The notes beneath the pieces were generated by a model that saw nothing but the letters and a program-made list of their open reading frames with translations, had not been told where the DNA came from and did not search any database. A stretch of 64,000 bases of DNA from Muribaculaceae bacterium (GTDB lineage: Bacteria > Bacteroidota > Bacteroidia > Bacteroidales > Muribaculaceae), in the NCBI GenBank assembly GCA_017443765.1, contig JAFSYB010000004.1:2665-66664 (forward strand), in the 5' to 3' direction. This document shows positions 1 to 10,785 of the stretch, one piece after another (position 1 is the first letter of the stretch; every line of letters starts with the position of its first letter). Made by a program: the position numbers and the translations under genes.

Positions 1-711
1 GCCCAGATGCAGTGGAAAACTCATGTGCTCGGCCTCCATGGCCGCCACCATGCGGCGCACAGCCTCGATCATCACCTGCACGTTGCTCGACTTCATGCTG
101 ATAACCACATCCATGAAACCCTCGGCGACAAACACCCGCAGAAACTCCATGGCACTCTCGACCATCCCTGCCGGGGTGTTCCCATACCGGCTCATGATGC
201 GGTCGCTGAGCGAACCGTGGTTCACGCCCAGGCGCACGGCAGTGCCGTGCTCGCGGCAAATCTGGATGAACGGCAGCAGTGCCTCGCTGATTTTGAGCAA
301 TTCGGTTTGATACTCATCGTCGGTGTAAGTGAGCTGGCTGAAGGTGCGCGCCGGGTCAACGAAGTTGCCGGGATTGATGCGCACCTTGTCGCACAAGGCA
401 GCGGCGGCAAGCGCCGCGCGTGGGTTGAAGTGTATGTCGGCCACTAAGGGCACGTTGCAGCCCTGCTTGCGCAGCAGGTTGCGCACCATACCTATGCCCT
501 CGGCCTCGCGCACACCTTGCGCCGTGAGCCGCACATAGTCGGCCCCGGCCTGCGCAATGCGCTGGCACTGCTCGGCACTGCGCTCGATGTCGTTGGTGTC
601 GGTATTGGTCATCGACTGCACACGCACGGGCCAGTCGCTGCCCAGCGGCACACCGCCCACATTCACGCTCACCGTGTGACGACGACGGTAGTTAAAGGGG
701 GTTCTGTTCAT
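1..711 (-). CDS. ispG: (E)-4-hydroxy-3-methylbut-2-enyl-diphosphate synthase, 5' part (runs off window start)
   Basis: Manual translation from ATG at 711: MNRTPFNYRRRH...PVRVQSMTNT...PLVADIHF...KVRINPGN...RLGVNHGSLSDRI; not in ORF track because no stop lies in the window. Confidence 0.95.
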   Translation of the reverse strand, partial: MNRTPFNYRRRHTVSVNVGGVPLGSDWPVRVQSMTNTDTNDIERSAEQCQRIAQAGADYVRLTAQGVREAEGIGMVRNLLRKQGCNVPLVADIHFNPRAALAAAALCDKVRINPGNFVDPARTFSQLTYTDDEYQTELLKISEALLPFIQICREHGTAVRLGVNHGSLSDRIMSRYGNTPAGMVESAMEFLRVFVAEGFMDVVISMKSSNVQVMIEAVRRMVAAMEAEHMSFPLHLG

Positions 712-745
712 GGCTATGTTATCGGGGAATGGAAGCAATAGAAAC

Positions 746-1243
746 CTAATTCACCTTGTGCTTGTAGTTGAGTTGTGCAAGGTCGCGATTGGCGCGCTGG
801 ATTTTCTCGCCGAGGGTGGCTTTGTGTTTCGCCACTTGCGCGGCCACCGCAGGGTCGGCCAGTGCAAGTATCTGCGCGGCAAGGATGGCGGCATTCTGGG
901 CGGCATTCACGCCCACGGTGGCCACGGGAATGCCCGGAGGCATCTGGACAATACTCAGCAGGGCATCCAGGCCGTCGAGCATGCCCTTGATGGGCACCCC
1001 GATGACGGGCAGCGTGGTGTTGGCGGCAATCACGCCTGGCAGCGCGGCAGACATGCCGGCAGCGGCAATAATCACCCTCACTCCCCTGCCCTGCGCCTCG
1101 CGGGCAAATTGCTCAACAGCCGCCGGCGTGCGATGGGCCGAGAGGGCATTCACTTCAAACTCAATGCCGTGGTCGTCGAGCCACTGGCAAGCTTTTTCCA
1201 TAACGGGCAGGTCGCTGGTGCTGCCCATGATAATGCTAATCAT
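746..1243 (-). CDS. purE: N5-carboxyaminoimidazole ribonucleotide mutase
   Basis: IIMGSTSD, SAHRTP, AAAGMSAALPG, PVIGVP, MPPGIPVATV motifs. Confidence 0.97.
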   Translation of the reverse strand: MISIIMGSTSDLPVMEKACQWLDDHGIEFEVNALSAHRTPAAVEQFAREAQGRGVRVIIAAAGMSAALPGVIAANTTLPVIGVPIKGMLDGLDALLSIVQMPPGIPVATVGVNAAQNAAILAAQILALADPAVAAQVAKHKATLGEKIQRANRDLAQLNYKHKVN

Positions 1244-1267
1244 ATCTTTTGAGATTCGAGATGCGGG

Positions 1268-1909
1268 TTATCCGAATAATTTCATCATCAGTGTCACGCA
1301 GATGTAGCCATTGGCGAAACCAGCGAGCACCTGGAGCAGGGTGTGCCGCTTGAGAGCCAAGCGCGACGTGCCCAGAAAGCCTGCAAGCAAGATAGTGAGG
1401 CTCAACAACCAAAACAGGTTGAACGCACTCAAGCCTTGAACATGCAACTGGTAGAGCAGTGCCACCACACCGCCAATGCCCGTCGTGTGCGCACTGATTT
1501 TCCAGATCAGGTTCACCAGCAGAGCCACGGCACAAGCCAGCGTGCCTCCGGCCATAAACATCGTGAACCACGCCGGGCAATGAATGTGGTTGAGATAGGT
1601 GGTGGCTCCCAAATAGCAAACCACCGTGCAGGCGTAGGGCAGCAAACGCTCACGGCGCTTGTCGAGACGCTTGTCGCTGATAATGCCAAAATGGTGCAAC
1701 ACGCCAATGACCAGCACTGGCAACACGCAGGTGATGCCAAACACCATCATCAGCACAGCGATGCGTGTGCCCATCGGCAGCAGGCACATCACCGAAGTCC
1801 ACAGCACAAACAGCACGCCATAGGACGGCATAAACAATGGGCTGAGCAACGTTGAGAAAAAACGAGCCGACCCAGCTATCAGGCGATTGAATGAATACTT
1901 GCTTAACAT
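1268..1909 (-). CDS. Multi-pass membrane protein, PAP2-like
   Basis: Six hydrophobic segments; KISAH and SRLALKRHT motifs resemble PAP2 superfamily; sits between rpoN and purE. Confidence 0.7.
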   Translation of the reverse strand: MLSKYSFNRLIAGSARFFSTLLSPLFMPSYGVLFVLWTSVMCLLPMGTRIAVLMMVFGITCVLPVLVIGVLHHFGIISDKRLDKRRERLLPYACTVVCYLGATTYLNHIHCPAWFTMFMAGGTLACAVALLVNLIWKISAHTTGIGGVVALLYQLHVQGLSAFNLFWLLSLTILLAGFLGTSRLALKRHTLLQVLAGFANGYICVTLMMKLFG

Positions 1910-2009
1910 CTTGTGGAGTGGTTAGACCGCGCTTTGTGCCAGCAGACCGCTGCGCCAGCAGGCTTGGTTGTCAATTCCCAGTTCGTGGTTCACAATCCTG
2001 GCCCTCGCA

Positions 2010-3443
2010 TTAATGCACCGCCTTGCGCATGGCGGCCTTGGGAATGCCGGCCGCGTCGCGGTACTTGCCAATCGTACGGCGCGCCACCTCGTAGCCTTGC
2101 TGCCGCAGCAGGTCGCAGAGTTGTGCGTCGGTAAACGGCTCTTGCTTGTTCTCGCCATCAACCACACGGCGCAGGGCTTCCTTGATTTCGGTTGTTGACA
2201 CGCCATTGATGCCCTCCGAGAAGAAAAAGCGCAGCGGCTTGATGCCCCACTGGGTATCGACATATTTATTGGCCATGGCCCGCGAAATGACCGACACATC
2301 GCGTCCCACGGCATCTGCAATGTTCTGCAATGTCATGGGCTTGAGGTCGGCCGTGTCGCCGGTAAAGAAGAACTCGCGCTGTCGGCGGCAAATCTCGCGC
2401 ATGCACTCGAAGAGCGTTGTTTTTCTCATCTTGAGAAGATTCAAGTACCCCTTAGCGCGGTTGTAACCATCGCGCACGATGCGCATTTGGTTCTGAGCCC
2501 GGCTGGTGACGGGCGGCCGGCGCTCAAAATCGGCGTTCAAGCGTTCGTAGGTTTCAGCAATGGAGAGTTCGGGAATGCGGTTATTGAGAGTGACGGTGAG
2601 CGTGTCGCCATTGATGGCAACATTGAAATCAGGGGTGATTTGCTGGCTGTGCTCCTCGCTGCGCCCACTGGAGTAGGCACTGCCCGGCTTGGGGTTCAGG
2701 GCGAGAATCACCTCCTTCACAACCCTTGTGACCTCTTCCCGGCTCACCTTGAGGCTATCAGAGATGTCGTCGTAGCGCTTGCGGGAGAAGTCGTCGAAAC
2801 AAGTGTCGATAACGCTGTAGGCCAGGCGTGCATCCTCGCCTGCCATGCGCTGCAACTGCAAGAGCAGGCAGTCGCGCAGGTTGAATGCCGCAATGCCCGG
2901 TGGGTCGAGGCGGCGCACCACGGCAAGGACACGCTCCACCTCGTGTGTCTCGGTTTCCTCGCCTTCGTTAAACGTGAGGTCGTCGGCAATAGAACGTGCA
3001 CTGCGCGACAAATAACCGTTCCCATCAAGGTTTCCGATGATGTTGCGAGCAATCAACTCGTCTTTGGGCGAAAGTCGCCGCTCGCTCAGCTGCTCGAGCA
3101 GGTAATCTTGCAGCGAAATCTCGTTGACCACTTCGGGCACATAGCCACGCTCGTCATCGGAGCCACGGCGCGGAAACCACAGGGCACTGGGCGGGATGTC
3201 CTCCTCGTCAGCGTAGTCGTTGCGCTGAATGACCTCGGCAGTCTCGGATTCACGGCCGTCCTCGGTGCGGCGGTTCACGTCGTTGTCCTCGACGGCGGCC
3301 TCCAGTGCCGGGTTGCTGTCGAGCTGGTTCTGTACCTCGGCAGCCATCTCGTTGACATCCATCTCGAGCAGCCTCCCTAATTCGCGCTGGAGCTGCTTCG
3401 ACTTGGTCGCAATCTCAATCTTTGTTGTTGTCTTGTTTGCCAC
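2010..3443 (-). CDS. rpoN: RNA polymerase sigma-54 factor
   Basis: NPALE, IIGNLDGNGYL, LKPMTLQNIA, RpoN box ARRTIGKYR; start set at GTG 3443 because a TATTTTTG box lies at 3461-3468. Confidence 0.95.
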   Translation of the reverse strand: MANKTTTKIEIATKSKQLQRELGRLLEMDVNEMAAEVQNQLDSNPALEAAVEDNDVNRRTEDGRESETAEVIQRNDYADEEDIPPSALWFPRRGSDDERGYVPEVVNEISLQDYLLEQLSERRLSPKDELIARNIIGNLDGNGYLSRSARSIADDLTFNEGEETETHEVERVLAVVRRLDPPGIAAFNLRDCLLLQLQRMAGEDARLAYSVIDTCFDDFSRKRYDDISDSLKVSREEVTRVVKEVILALNPKPGSAYSSGRSEEHSQQITPDFNVAINGDTLTVTLNNRIPELSIAETYERLNADFERRPPVTSRAQNQMRIVRDGYNRAKGYLNLLKMRKTTLFECMREICRRQREFFFTGDTADLKPMTLQNIADAVGRDVSVISRAMANKYVDTQWGIKPLRFFFSEGINGVSTTEIKEALRRVVDGENKQEPFTDAQLCDLLRQQGYEVARRTIGKYRDAAGIPKAAMRKAVH

Positions 3444-3532
3444 GGCTGATGATTTTTTTGCAAAAATAATACTTAATCTTGAAATCAGCAAAAAAAAGTG
3501 CGGCAATCGCTGTGCGTGCAGAGCAGGCAAAC

Positions 3533-3574
3533 ACTTCGGGCGTCTTTCAACGATTGTTGAAAGACGCCCGAAGT
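3533..3574 (-). terminator. Perfect 19-bp hairpin ending the ribosomal superoperon
   Basis: ACTTCGGGCGTCTTTCAAC-GATT-GTTGAAAGACGCCCGAAGT just after the rplQ stop; U-tail weak. Confidence 0.75.
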
Positions 3575-3596
3575 CGCTAACATGATGTATAGAGCC

Positions 3597-4079
3597 TTAC
3601 TCTTCGGTAGCGGCGGGCTGTTCGGCCGGTGTGTCGGCCGACTTCTTACCCGAGCGGCGGCTGCGACGTGTTGTTTTGCGCGTCGAGGCAGCTCCCTTCT
3701 CCTTGGCCTCGAGCAGCGGCTCGTTGTAGTCCACCAGCTCGATGAAGCAGGTCTTGGCGTTGTCGCCCAAACGGTTTCCGAGCTTGAGGATGCGCGTGTA
3801 TCCACCCGGACGGTCGGCAATCTTTTGAGCCACGTTCTGGAAGAGTTCCTTCACGGCCTCCTTGTTCTGGAGGTAGCTGAACACCACACGGCGCGAGGCC
3901 GTGCTGTCGTCCTTAGCCCGGTTGATAATGGGCTCGGCATACATACGGAGCGCCTTGGCCTTTGGCAATGTGGTCACAATGCGCTTGTGAAGAATCAGCG
4001 AGCAGGTCATGTTGCGCAACATGGCATGACGGTGCGCACTCTTGCGGCTCAGGTGATTGAATTTCTTATTATGTCTCAT
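3597..4079 (-). CDS. rplQ: 50S ribosomal protein L17
   Basis: [27 protein letters not shown]. Confidence 0.99.
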   Translation of the reverse strand: MRHNKKFNHLSRKSAHRHAMLRNMTCSLILHKRIVTTLPKAKALRMYAEPIINRAKDDSTASRRVVFSYLQNKEAVKELFQNVAQKIADRPGGYTRILKLGNRLGDNAKTCFIELVDYNEPLLEAKEKGAASTRKTTRRSRRSGKKSADTPAEQPAATEE

Positions 4080-4085
4080 TGAAAA

Positions 4086-5084
4086 TTAATCTTTATCAAG
4101 TTTATACTTTGAAATGTCCATTCCAAACGAAAGCCCCAACGAGGACAAGAGGTCCTCGAGTTCGCTGAGCGACTTCTTGCCGAAGTTGCGGAACTTGAGC
4201 AAGTCGGTCTTGTTGAAGACAACAAGTTCGGCCAGCGTTTCCACCTCGGCCGATTTGAGGCAGTTAAGTGCACGCACCGAGAGATCCATGTCAATGAGCT
4301 TGCCCTTGAGCAACTGGCGCATGTGAAGCACTTCCTCGTCAAATTCCTCATTTTGGTCATCGACAGTGGTGTCGAGCGCAATCTTCTCGTCGGAGAAGAG
4401 CATGAAATGCTGAATGAGGATTTTTGCTGCCTCCTTGAGTGCGTCCTTGGGGTGAATCGAGCCATCGGTGGTGATTTCGAGCACGAGTTTCTCGTAGTCG
4501 GTCTTCTGCTCCACGCGGAAATCCTCACGCTCCATTTTCACGTTGATGATTGGCGTGTAGATGGAGTCAATGGCCAGGACGCCCTCGGGGGCGTTGGGGT
4601 TCATCATACGATTCTCCTCGGCAGGCACATAGCCTCGACCCTTGTTGATTGACAGTTCGATTTGAAAACTGGCAGCCGGGTCGATGTGGCAGATTTCCAG
4701 GTCGGGGTTGAGAACTTCAAACCCGCTGAGCACCTTGCCAATGTCGCCAGCCTTGAACACCTCCTGGCCCGAAACCTTGACAACGGCTTTCTCGGTGTCG
4801 GTGTCCTCGACGATGCGTTTCAGGCGCACCTGCTTGAGGTTGAGGATGATTCTCGACACGTCTTCCTTCACGCCTGGCACGGTGCCGAACTCGTGGCTCA
4901 CACCGTCGATGCGGAAGTTGAAGATGGCATAGCCTTCGAGGCCGCTGAGCAGGATTCGGCGCAATGCGTTGCCAATCGTCACCGCATAGCCGGGTTCCAA
5001 CGGGCGGAACTCGAATTTCCCAAAGGTGTTGTCGGATTCCAACATCAACACTTTGTCGGGTTTCTGAAATGCTAAGATAGCCAT
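4086..5084 (-). CDS. rpoA: RNA polymerase alpha subunit
   Basis: [36 protein letters not shown]. Confidence 0.99.
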   Translation of the reverse strand: MAILAFQKPDKVLMLESDNTFGKFEFRPLEPGYAVTIGNALRRILLSGLEGYAIFNFRIDGVSHEFGTVPGVKEDVSRIILNLKQVRLKRIVEDTDTEKAVVKVSGQEVFKAGDIGKVLSGFEVLNPDLEICHIDPAASFQIELSINKGRGYVPAEENRMMNPNAPEGVLAIDSIYTPIINVKMEREDFRVEQKTDYEKLVLEITTDGSIHPKDALKEAAKILIQHFMLFSDEKIALDTTVDDQNEEFDEEVLHMRQLLKGKLIDMDLSVRALNCLKSAEVETLAELVVFNKTDLLKFRNFGKKSLSELEDLLSSLGLSFGMDISKYKLDKD

Positions 5085-5096
5085 GGAAGTGAAAAT

Positions 5097-5705
5097 TTAC
5101 TGTTTAGAATACAACTCGACAATCAACTGTTCCTTGATGTTTTCGGGAATGTCTTCGCGCTGTGGCAGGTGCAGGAGCTTTCCGCCCTTGACGTTCTCGT
5201 CCCACTCAATCCAGGGGTACTTGCTGTGATTGAAGCCTGCAAGAGCGTCTTGAATCACCTCGAGCGACTTGGACTTCTCGCGCACAGCCACCACTTGTCC
5301 GGGAACAACGCGATACGAGGCAATGTTCACCACGTCGCCGTTGACGGTGATGTGACGGTGGAGCACCAGCTGGCGTGCAGCGGCACGGGTGGGAGCGATG
5401 CCCAAACGGTAAACCACGTTGTCGAGACGCTGCTCAAGGAGCTGCAGGAGCACCTCGCCGGTAACACCCTTCATCGAGGAAGCCTTCTCAAAGAGGTTGC
5501 GGAACTGGCGCTCAAGCACGCCATAGGTGTACTTGGCTTTCTGCTTCTCACGAAGCTGGAGTGCATACTCCGATTGTTTTCTTCTTCTGTTGGCGCCATG
5601 CTGGCCGGGAGGATAGTTCTTCCGTGCTAACACCTTGTCTTCACCGTAGATGGGTTCACCCAGCTTGCGCGCAATCTTAGACTTTGGACCGGTATATCTA
5701 GCCAT
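5097..5705 (-). CDS. rpsD: 30S ribosomal protein S4
   Basis: [29 protein letters not shown]. Confidence 0.99.
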   Translation of the reverse strand: MARYTGPKSKIARKLGEPIYGEDKVLARKNYPPGQHGANRRRKQSEYALQLREKQKAKYTYGVLERQFRNLFEKASSMKGVTGEVLLQLLEQRLDNVVYRLGIAPTRAAARQLVLHRHITVNGDVVNIASYRVVPGQVVAVREKSKSLEVIQDALAGFNHSKYPWIEWDENVKGGKLLHLPQREDIPENIKEQLIVELYSKQ

Positions 5706-5849
5706 TTTTCTAATTAAATTAAAGTTGAAGTGATGTCAGGAATCACTGATAGTGCAGCCGCGATTGCAGAGAGGTTGGAAAGTTGCAATCCAAATCACTA
5801 TACGGGACTCGTTGAAAAAATAAATAACGAAATCAGGAAAGCAAGAGGC
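5706..5849 (-). ncRNA. Candidate S4-binding r-protein leader in rpsK-rpsD spacer
   Basis: 144-nt spacer within an otherwise tightly packed operon directly upstream of rpsD; an S4-Bacteroidia leader motif has been described; match not tested. Confidence 0.4.
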
Positions 5850-6239
5850 TTAGACCCTTCTTCTCTTCGGGGGTCGGCACCCGTTGTGGGGGAGCGGGGT
5901 GACATCGATGATCTCGGTGACAGCGATGCCAGCACCATGAATGGTGCGGATTGCCGATTCGCGTCCGTTGCCAGGTCCCTTGACGTAGGCCTTGACCTTG
6001 CGGAGTCCGAGGTCGTAGGCCACCTTGGCACAATCCTGAGCTGCCATCTGAGCGGCATAGGGCGTGTTCTTCTTGCTGCCACGGAACCCCATCTTGCCGG
6101 CCGACGACCAGGAAATTACCTGTCCCTCGCTGTTGGCGAGGCACACAATGATGTTGTTGAAAGAGGAGTGGACATGGAGCTGCCCTACGCCGTCAACCTT
6201 AACGACTCTCTTCTTAGCTGCGACTGTCTTTTTTGCCAT
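5850..6239 (-). CDS. rpsK: 30S ribosomal protein S11
   Basis: [34 protein letters not shown]. Confidence 0.99.
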   Translation of the reverse strand: MAKKTVAAKKRVVKVDGVGQLHVHSSFNNIIVCLANSEGQVISWSSAGKMGFRGSKKNTPYAAQMAAQDCAKVAYDLGLRKVKAYVKGPGNGRESAIRTIHGAGIAVTEIIDVTPLPHNGCRPPKRRRV

Positions 6240-6248
6240 ACTTTAATC

Positions 6249-6629
6249 TTATTTAGTAGCTTTCTTCTTGTTAGCAACAGTTTTCTTGCGTCCCTTGCGC
6301 GTGCGAGCGTTGTTCTTGGTGCTCTGTCCGCGCACGGGAAGCCCGATGCGATGACGGATGCCGCGGTAGCAACCGATGTCCATGAGACGCTTGATGTTCA
6401 TCTGCACCTCGCTGCGCAAGTCACCCTCGACCTTGTAGTCGTTGGAAATCACCTCGCGCACCTTGGCGGCCTCGCTGTCGGTCCAGTCCTTCACTTTCGT
6501 GTCCTCGCTGACACCGGCCTTTTCCAGAATCTTTGCGGCGGAGCTGCGACCAATACCATAGATGTAGGTCAGGGCAATCACGCCACGCTTGTTTTGGGGT
6601 AAGTCAACACCCACAATTCGAATTGCCAT
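6249..6629 (-). CDS. rpsM: 30S ribosomal protein S13
   Basis: [31 protein letters not shown]. Confidence 0.99.
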   Translation of the reverse strand: MAIRIVGVDLPQNKRGVIALTYIYGIGRSSAAKILEKAGVSEDTKVKDWTDSEAAKVREVISNDYKVEGDLRSEVQMNIKRLMDIGCYRGIRHRIGLPVRGQSTKNNARTRKGRKKTVANKKKATK

Positions 6630-6652
6630 ATGTATTACTCTAAATTTTTATG

Positions 6653-6660
6653 CAAAATTA
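6653..6660 (-). promoter_or_regulatory. Internal -7 promoter box for alpha operon
   Basis: TAATTTTG on minus strand 24 nt upstream of rpsM, matches Bacteroidetes TAnnTTTG. Confidence 0.6.
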
Positions 6661-6677
6661 ATCAATAAAACGTATAC

Positions 6678-6794
6678 TCAACCCTGACGCATTTTAAACT
6701 TGGGGTTCTTTTTGTTTATCACGTACAAGCGTCCTTTGCGGCGGACAATCTTGCAGTCGGCCGAGCGCTTTTTGATTGATGCTCTTACTTTCAT
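6678..6794 (-). CDS. rpmJ: 50S ribosomal protein L36
   Basis: Manual translation [38 protein letters not shown]; too short for ORF track. Confidence 0.97.
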   Translation of the reverse strand: MKVRASIKKRSADCKIVRRKGRLYVINKKNPKFKMRQG

Positions 6795-6836
6795 GTCTGT
6801 TGAATCTTTATTGCGCTGATTCCAGCACTTTATAAA

Positions 6837-7055
6837 TTATTTGTATCGGAATGAGATACGCCCCTTGGTCAGGTCGTAGGGCGACATTTCCACCCTAACC
6901 TTGTCGCCGGGCAGAATCTTGATGTAGTGCATGCGCATCTTGCCGCTGATGTGAGCGATGATTGGATGCCCATTCTCGAGTTCGACACGGAACATGGCGT
7001 TGGACAACGCCTCAACAATCGTCCCGTCAAATTCAATTGCGTTCTGTTTTGCCAT
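6837..7055 (-). CDS. infA: Translation initiation factor IF-1
   Basis: [32 protein letters not shown]. Confidence 0.99.
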   Translation of the reverse strand: MAKQNAIEFDGTIVEALSNAMFRVELENGHPIIAHISGKMRMHYIKILPGDKVRVEMSPYDLTKGRISFRYK

Positions 7056-7081
7056 ATTTAAGGTACTGTTAAGAGATTATT

Positions 7082-7867
7082 TCAGATGAAACGGTCGCCG
7101 AGCACCTCCTGAATGTAATCAAACGAGGAGAGGATGTCGGGCTTGCCGTGATGCACGGCAATGGAGTGCTCGAAGTGGGCACTGGGCTTGCGGTCTCGGG
7201 TGCGGCAAGTCCAGCCGTCGGCCTCGGTGACAATGTTCTTGCTGCCCATGTTTATCATCGGCTCGATGGCGATGCACATGCCATTGCGAATAAGCGCCCC
7301 GGTTCCGCGCCGCCCGTAGTTGGGCACTTCGGGATCCTCGTGGAGCTTGCGTCCCACACCGTGGCCGCACAACTCACGCACCACGCCGTAGCCGCGACGC
7401 TCGCAGTAGGTCTGCACGGCATTGCCGATGTCACCAATGCGATTGCCCGGAACGGCTTTTTCGATGCCGACGTACAGGCTCTCCTTGGTCGTGCGCAGCA
7501 AGGCCAACACCTCATCGCTCACTTCTCCCACACAAAATGTGTAGGTCGAGTCGCCATTGAAACCAGCCTTGGTAACGGCGCCACAGTCCACCGACACAAT
7601 GTCGCCCTCGCGAAGCGCGTAGTTTGACGGAATGCCGTGCACCACGTTCTCGTTAACCGAGATGCACACCGACGCCGGGAAGCCGTATAGCCCCAGAAAG
7701 CCCGGCACACAATCCTGCGAGCGGATGTAGTCGTCGGCCACCTGGTTGAGCTTGCGCGTGGTCACCCCGGGTGCCACGTGCTTGGCCACTTCGGCCAGCG
7801 TGCGTGCCACCACGAGGTTTGCCTCACGCAGCAACTCAATCTCTTCGTCGGTCTTGAGATAAATCAT
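7082..7867 (-). CDS. map: Methionine aminopeptidase type I
   Basis: VVHGIP, GHGVG, EPMIN, SAHFEHS. Confidence 0.98.
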   Translation of the reverse strand: MIYLKTDEEIELLREANLVVARTLAEVAKHVAPGVTTRKLNQVADDYIRSQDCVPGFLGLYGFPASVCISVNENVVHGIPSNYALREGDIVSVDCGAVTKAGFNGDSTYTFCVGEVSDEVLALLRTTKESLYVGIEKAVPGNRIGDIGNAVQTYCERRGYGVVRELCGHGVGRKLHEDPEVPNYGRRGTGALIRNGMCIAIEPMINMGSKNIVTEADGWTCRTRDRKPSAHFEHSIAVHHGKPDILSSFDYIQEVLGDRFI

Positions 7868-7897
7868 GCTGTAATCTCCTTCAATATCCGAAACACA

Positions 7898-9235
7898 TCA
7901 ATGTGCGCGTCCCTTGAGCTTGCCCGACTTCATGAGGCCATCGTAGTGGTGCATCATCAAGTGGGTCTCAATCTGCTGGAGCGTGTCGAGCACCACACCC
8001 ACGATAATCAGCAGCGAGGTGCCGCCAAAGAACTGGGCGAACTGCTGGTTCACACCGAAGAAACGCGCAAAGGCGGGAAGAATGGCCACAATGCCCAGGA
8101 AGATAGAACCGGGCAGCGTGATGCGCGACATGATGCTGTCGAGATACTCCTCGGTCTTTTTGCCGGGCTTAATGCCGGGAATGAAACCGCTGTTCTTCTT
8201 CATCTGCTCGGCCATGTCCTTGGGGCGGACAGTGATAGCCGTGTAGAAATAGGTAAAAGCGAGAATCATCAGGAAATAGACAAAGTTGTACCAGAACCCG
8301 TTCATGTCGCTGAACGTGGCGGCAAAGCCGCTCCAGAAACCACCCTCGGAGCCACGTGCGCCGAAACCGGCGAGCGTGATGGGAATGAACATCAACGCCT
8401 GGGCAAAGATGATAGGCATCACATTTGCGGCATTGACCTTCAGGGGGATGTACTGGCGTGCACCGCCATACTGCTTGTTGCCGACGATGCGCTTGGCATA
8501 CTGTACAGGCACCTTGCGCGTGCCCTGCACGAGCATCACGGCACCGGCGGTGACGGCAAACAGAATCACAATCTCAACCAGGAACATCACCAAGCCACCC
8601 TGGGCCGTGTTCAAACGGCCGGTGAACTCCTGCACCAGTGCGCCAGGGAAACGGGCGATGATACCCACCAGAATGATGATCGAAATACCGTTGCCAATGC
8701 CCTTGTCGGTGATTTTCTCGCCGAGCCACATGATGAACATGGCACCCGCGGTGAGCACTATTGACAGGAAAATCATCATCGGCCACGAGATGCTGGCATG
8801 GCCACCGGCGGCATTCACCTGATACTGCAGGTTTACCAGATAGGCCGGAGCCTGCACGAGCAGGATGAGCACCGTGAGGTAACGCGTGTACTGATTCAGC
8901 TTCATGCGCCCACTCTCACCCTCGCGTTGCATTTTTTGGAACTGCGGGACAACCATTCCCATCAGCTGAATGACAATCGAGGCAGTGATGTAGGGCATGA
9001 TGCCCAACGCGAAGATTGAAGCCTGCGAGAAAGCTCCGCCAGAGAACATGTCAAGCAGCTGCATGAGTCCACTGTTGGTAAAGCTGCGCATGGCCTCAAG
9101 ATCCTGCGGGCTGATTCCCGGCAGGACAATGAAACATCCCAGCCGGTAGATAAGCACAAACAGGAAAGTGATTGTCAAGCGGCGGCGCAACTCTTCAATC
9201 TTCCAGATGTTTTTAAGTGTTTGAATGAGTTTCAT
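7898..9235 (-). CDS. secY: Preprotein translocase SecY
   Basis: FALGIMPYITASI, GIGNGIS, FIPGIKPGK, GGTSLLI. Confidence 0.99.
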   Translation of the reverse strand: MKLIQTLKNIWKIEELRRRLTITFLFVLIYRLGCFIVLPGISPQDLEAMRSFTNSGLMQLLDMFSGGAFSQASIFALGIMPYITASIVIQLMGMVVPQFQKMQREGESGRMKLNQYTRYLTVLILLVQAPAYLVNLQYQVNAAGGHASISWPMMIFLSIVLTAGAMFIMWLGEKITDKGIGNGISIIILVGIIARFPGALVQEFTGRLNTAQGGLVMFLVEIVILFAVTAGAVMLVQGTRKVPVQYAKRIVGNKQYGGARQYIPLKVNAANVMPIIFAQALMFIPITLAGFGARGSEGGFWSGFAATFSDMNGFWYNFVYFLMILAFTYFYTAITVRPKDMAEQMKKNSGFIPGIKPGKKTEEYLDSIMSRITLPGSIFLGIVAILPAFARFFGVNQQFAQFFGGTSLLIIVGVVLDTLQQIETHLMMHHYDGLMKSGKLKGRAH

Positions 9236-9240
9236 CAGAC

Positions 9241-9687
9241 TTAAACTTTAGTGATTTGACCACCGGCAGCGGTGATAATCTCTTCGGCTTTCTTGCTGAA
9301 GGCATGTGCCTCGACATCGATTTTGCGCGAGAGCTCGCCCATGCCGAGCACCTTCACCAGCTGCTTGCTTCGCACGAGCCCGGCGTTGACGAGATCGGCA
9401 ACGGTGACCTTCTCCAAGCCGGCTTTCTCGGCAAGAGCGTCAATGGTCATGATGTTGACTGCCTTGTACTCAACGCGGTTAATGTTCTTGAAGCCGTACT
9501 TGGGGAGTCGGCGCTGGAGAGGCATCTGTCCGCCCTCAAAACCGATTTTCTGCTTGTAGCCCGAGCGCGACTTGGCGCCCTTGTGACCACGTGTGGACGT
9601 ACCGCCCTTGCCCGAACCGGGACCGCGACCGATGCGACGTTTCTTCTTGTTTGAACCGACTGCGGGATGTAAGTTATGTAATTCCAT
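9241..9687 (-). CDS. rplO: 50S ribosomal protein L15
   Basis: RIGRGPGSG, GFEGGQMPL. Confidence 0.99.
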   Translation of the reverse strand: MELHNLHPAVGSNKKKRRIGRGPGSGKGGTSTRGHKGAKSRSGYKQKIGFEGGQMPLQRRLPKYGFKNINRVEYKAVNIMTIDALAEKAGLEKVTVADLVNAGLVRSKQLVKVLGMGELSRKIDVEAHAFSKKAEEIITAAGGQITKV

Positions 9688-9706
9688 AATCGTGTTATAG
9701 TTTTAA

Positions 9707-9892
9707 TCATTCAACGACCTCGGTCACTTCGACGAGATGCCTCACTTTGAATACCCTGCCCATGATAGCGGGCGTGTTCTCGTGCACGACCACCTGGTTC
9801 AATTTCTTGAGCCCGAGTGCGTCGAGCGTGCGCTTCTGGCGCTCGGGGCGCCCGATGCGGCTTTTCACTTGCTTAATCTGTATCTTAGCCAT
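9707..9892 (-). CDS. rpmD: 50S ribosomal protein L30
   Basis: IKQVKSRIG, TLDALGL; position in spc operon. Confidence 0.97.
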   Translation of the reverse strand: MAKIQIKQVKSRIGRPERQKRTLDALGLKKLNQVVVHENTPAIMGRVFKVRHLVEVTEVVE

Positions 9893-9906
9893 AATGTAAA
9901 TCGCTG

Positions 9907-10425
9907 TTATCCGTTAAACACCTTTTCGAGGGTCACGCCGCGGTACTTTGCCACAGTGAAGGGGTCGCGCATCTCGGAGAGGCCCTTGAGCGTGGCCTTG
10001 ACCAGGTTGTGGGGGTTGGACGAGCCCTTGGACTTACAAATCACATCGGTGACACCAATGCTCTCGAACACGGCACGCATAGCGCCACCGGCCTTCACAC
10101 CGGTACCGGGCGTTGCGGGCATCATGATCACCCGGCTGCCGCCAAACTTGGAAACTTGCTCGTGGGGGATAGTGCCTTTGTACACGGGCACCTTCATCAG
10201 GTTCTTCTTGGCCATCTCCACGCCCTTGGCAATAGCTGTGGTGACCTCGTTGGCCTTTCCCAGGCCATAGCCAATCACACCATTGCCGTCGCCAACAACA
10301 ACGATGGCAGCAAAAGTGAATGTGCGACCACCCTTGGTCAACTTGGTGGTGCGGTTGATGGCCACCAGGCGATCCTTCAGCTCGATGTCGCTTGCAATCT
10401 TAACTCTGTTATTCTTATTAAGCAT
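9907..10425 (-). CDS. rpsE: 30S ribosomal protein S5
   Basis: [24 protein letters not shown]. Confidence 0.99.
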   Translation of the reverse strand: MLNKNNRVKIASDIELKDRLVAINRTTKLTKGGRTFTFAAIVVVGDGNGVIGYGLGKANEVTTAIAKGVEMAKKNLMKVPVYKGTIPHEQVSKFGGSRVIMMPATPGTGVKAGGAMRAVFESIGVTDVICKSKGSSNPHNLVKATLKGLSEMRDPFTVAKYRGVTLEKVFNG

Positions 10426-10430
10426 GTCGT

Positions 10431-10772
10431 TTAAAATTTAAGGCCGCCTTTGCGAGCGCCGTCAGCCAATGATTTGATTCTACCATGGAACAGGAATCCG
10501 TTGCGGTCAAACACGACGGTGTCGATGCCAGCCTCGAGGGCTTTCTTGGCCACCAGCTCGCCCACCTGAGCGGCGATTTCACACTTCGTACCCTTGTCGA
10601 TGCCTTTCGAGGAGGCGCTCACGAGGGTGTGGCCAGCCTGGTCGTCGACGAGCTGGGCATAGATTTGCTTGTTGCTCCGGAACACACACAGGCGGGGACG
10701 CTGTGGGGTGCCGCTGATGCGACCGCGGATGCGGGCCTTGATTTTATTACGTCTTTCAATCTTAGAAACCAT
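10431..10772 (-). CDS. rplR: 50S ribosomal protein L18
   Basis: [27 protein letters not shown]. Confidence 0.99.
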   Translation of the reverse strand: MVSKIERRNKIKARIRGRISGTPQRPRLCVFRSNKQIYAQLVDDQAGHTLVSASSKGIDKGTKCEIAAQVGELVAKKALEAGIDTVVFDRNGFLFHGRIKSLADGARKGGLKF

Positions 10773-10785
10773 GATGTTAACTTAT

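Noticed and set aside
1243-1268. No gcvH between the membrane gene and purE
   Set aside because: The expected synteny is only from memory of Bacteroides, and simple loss or relocation is unremarkable.
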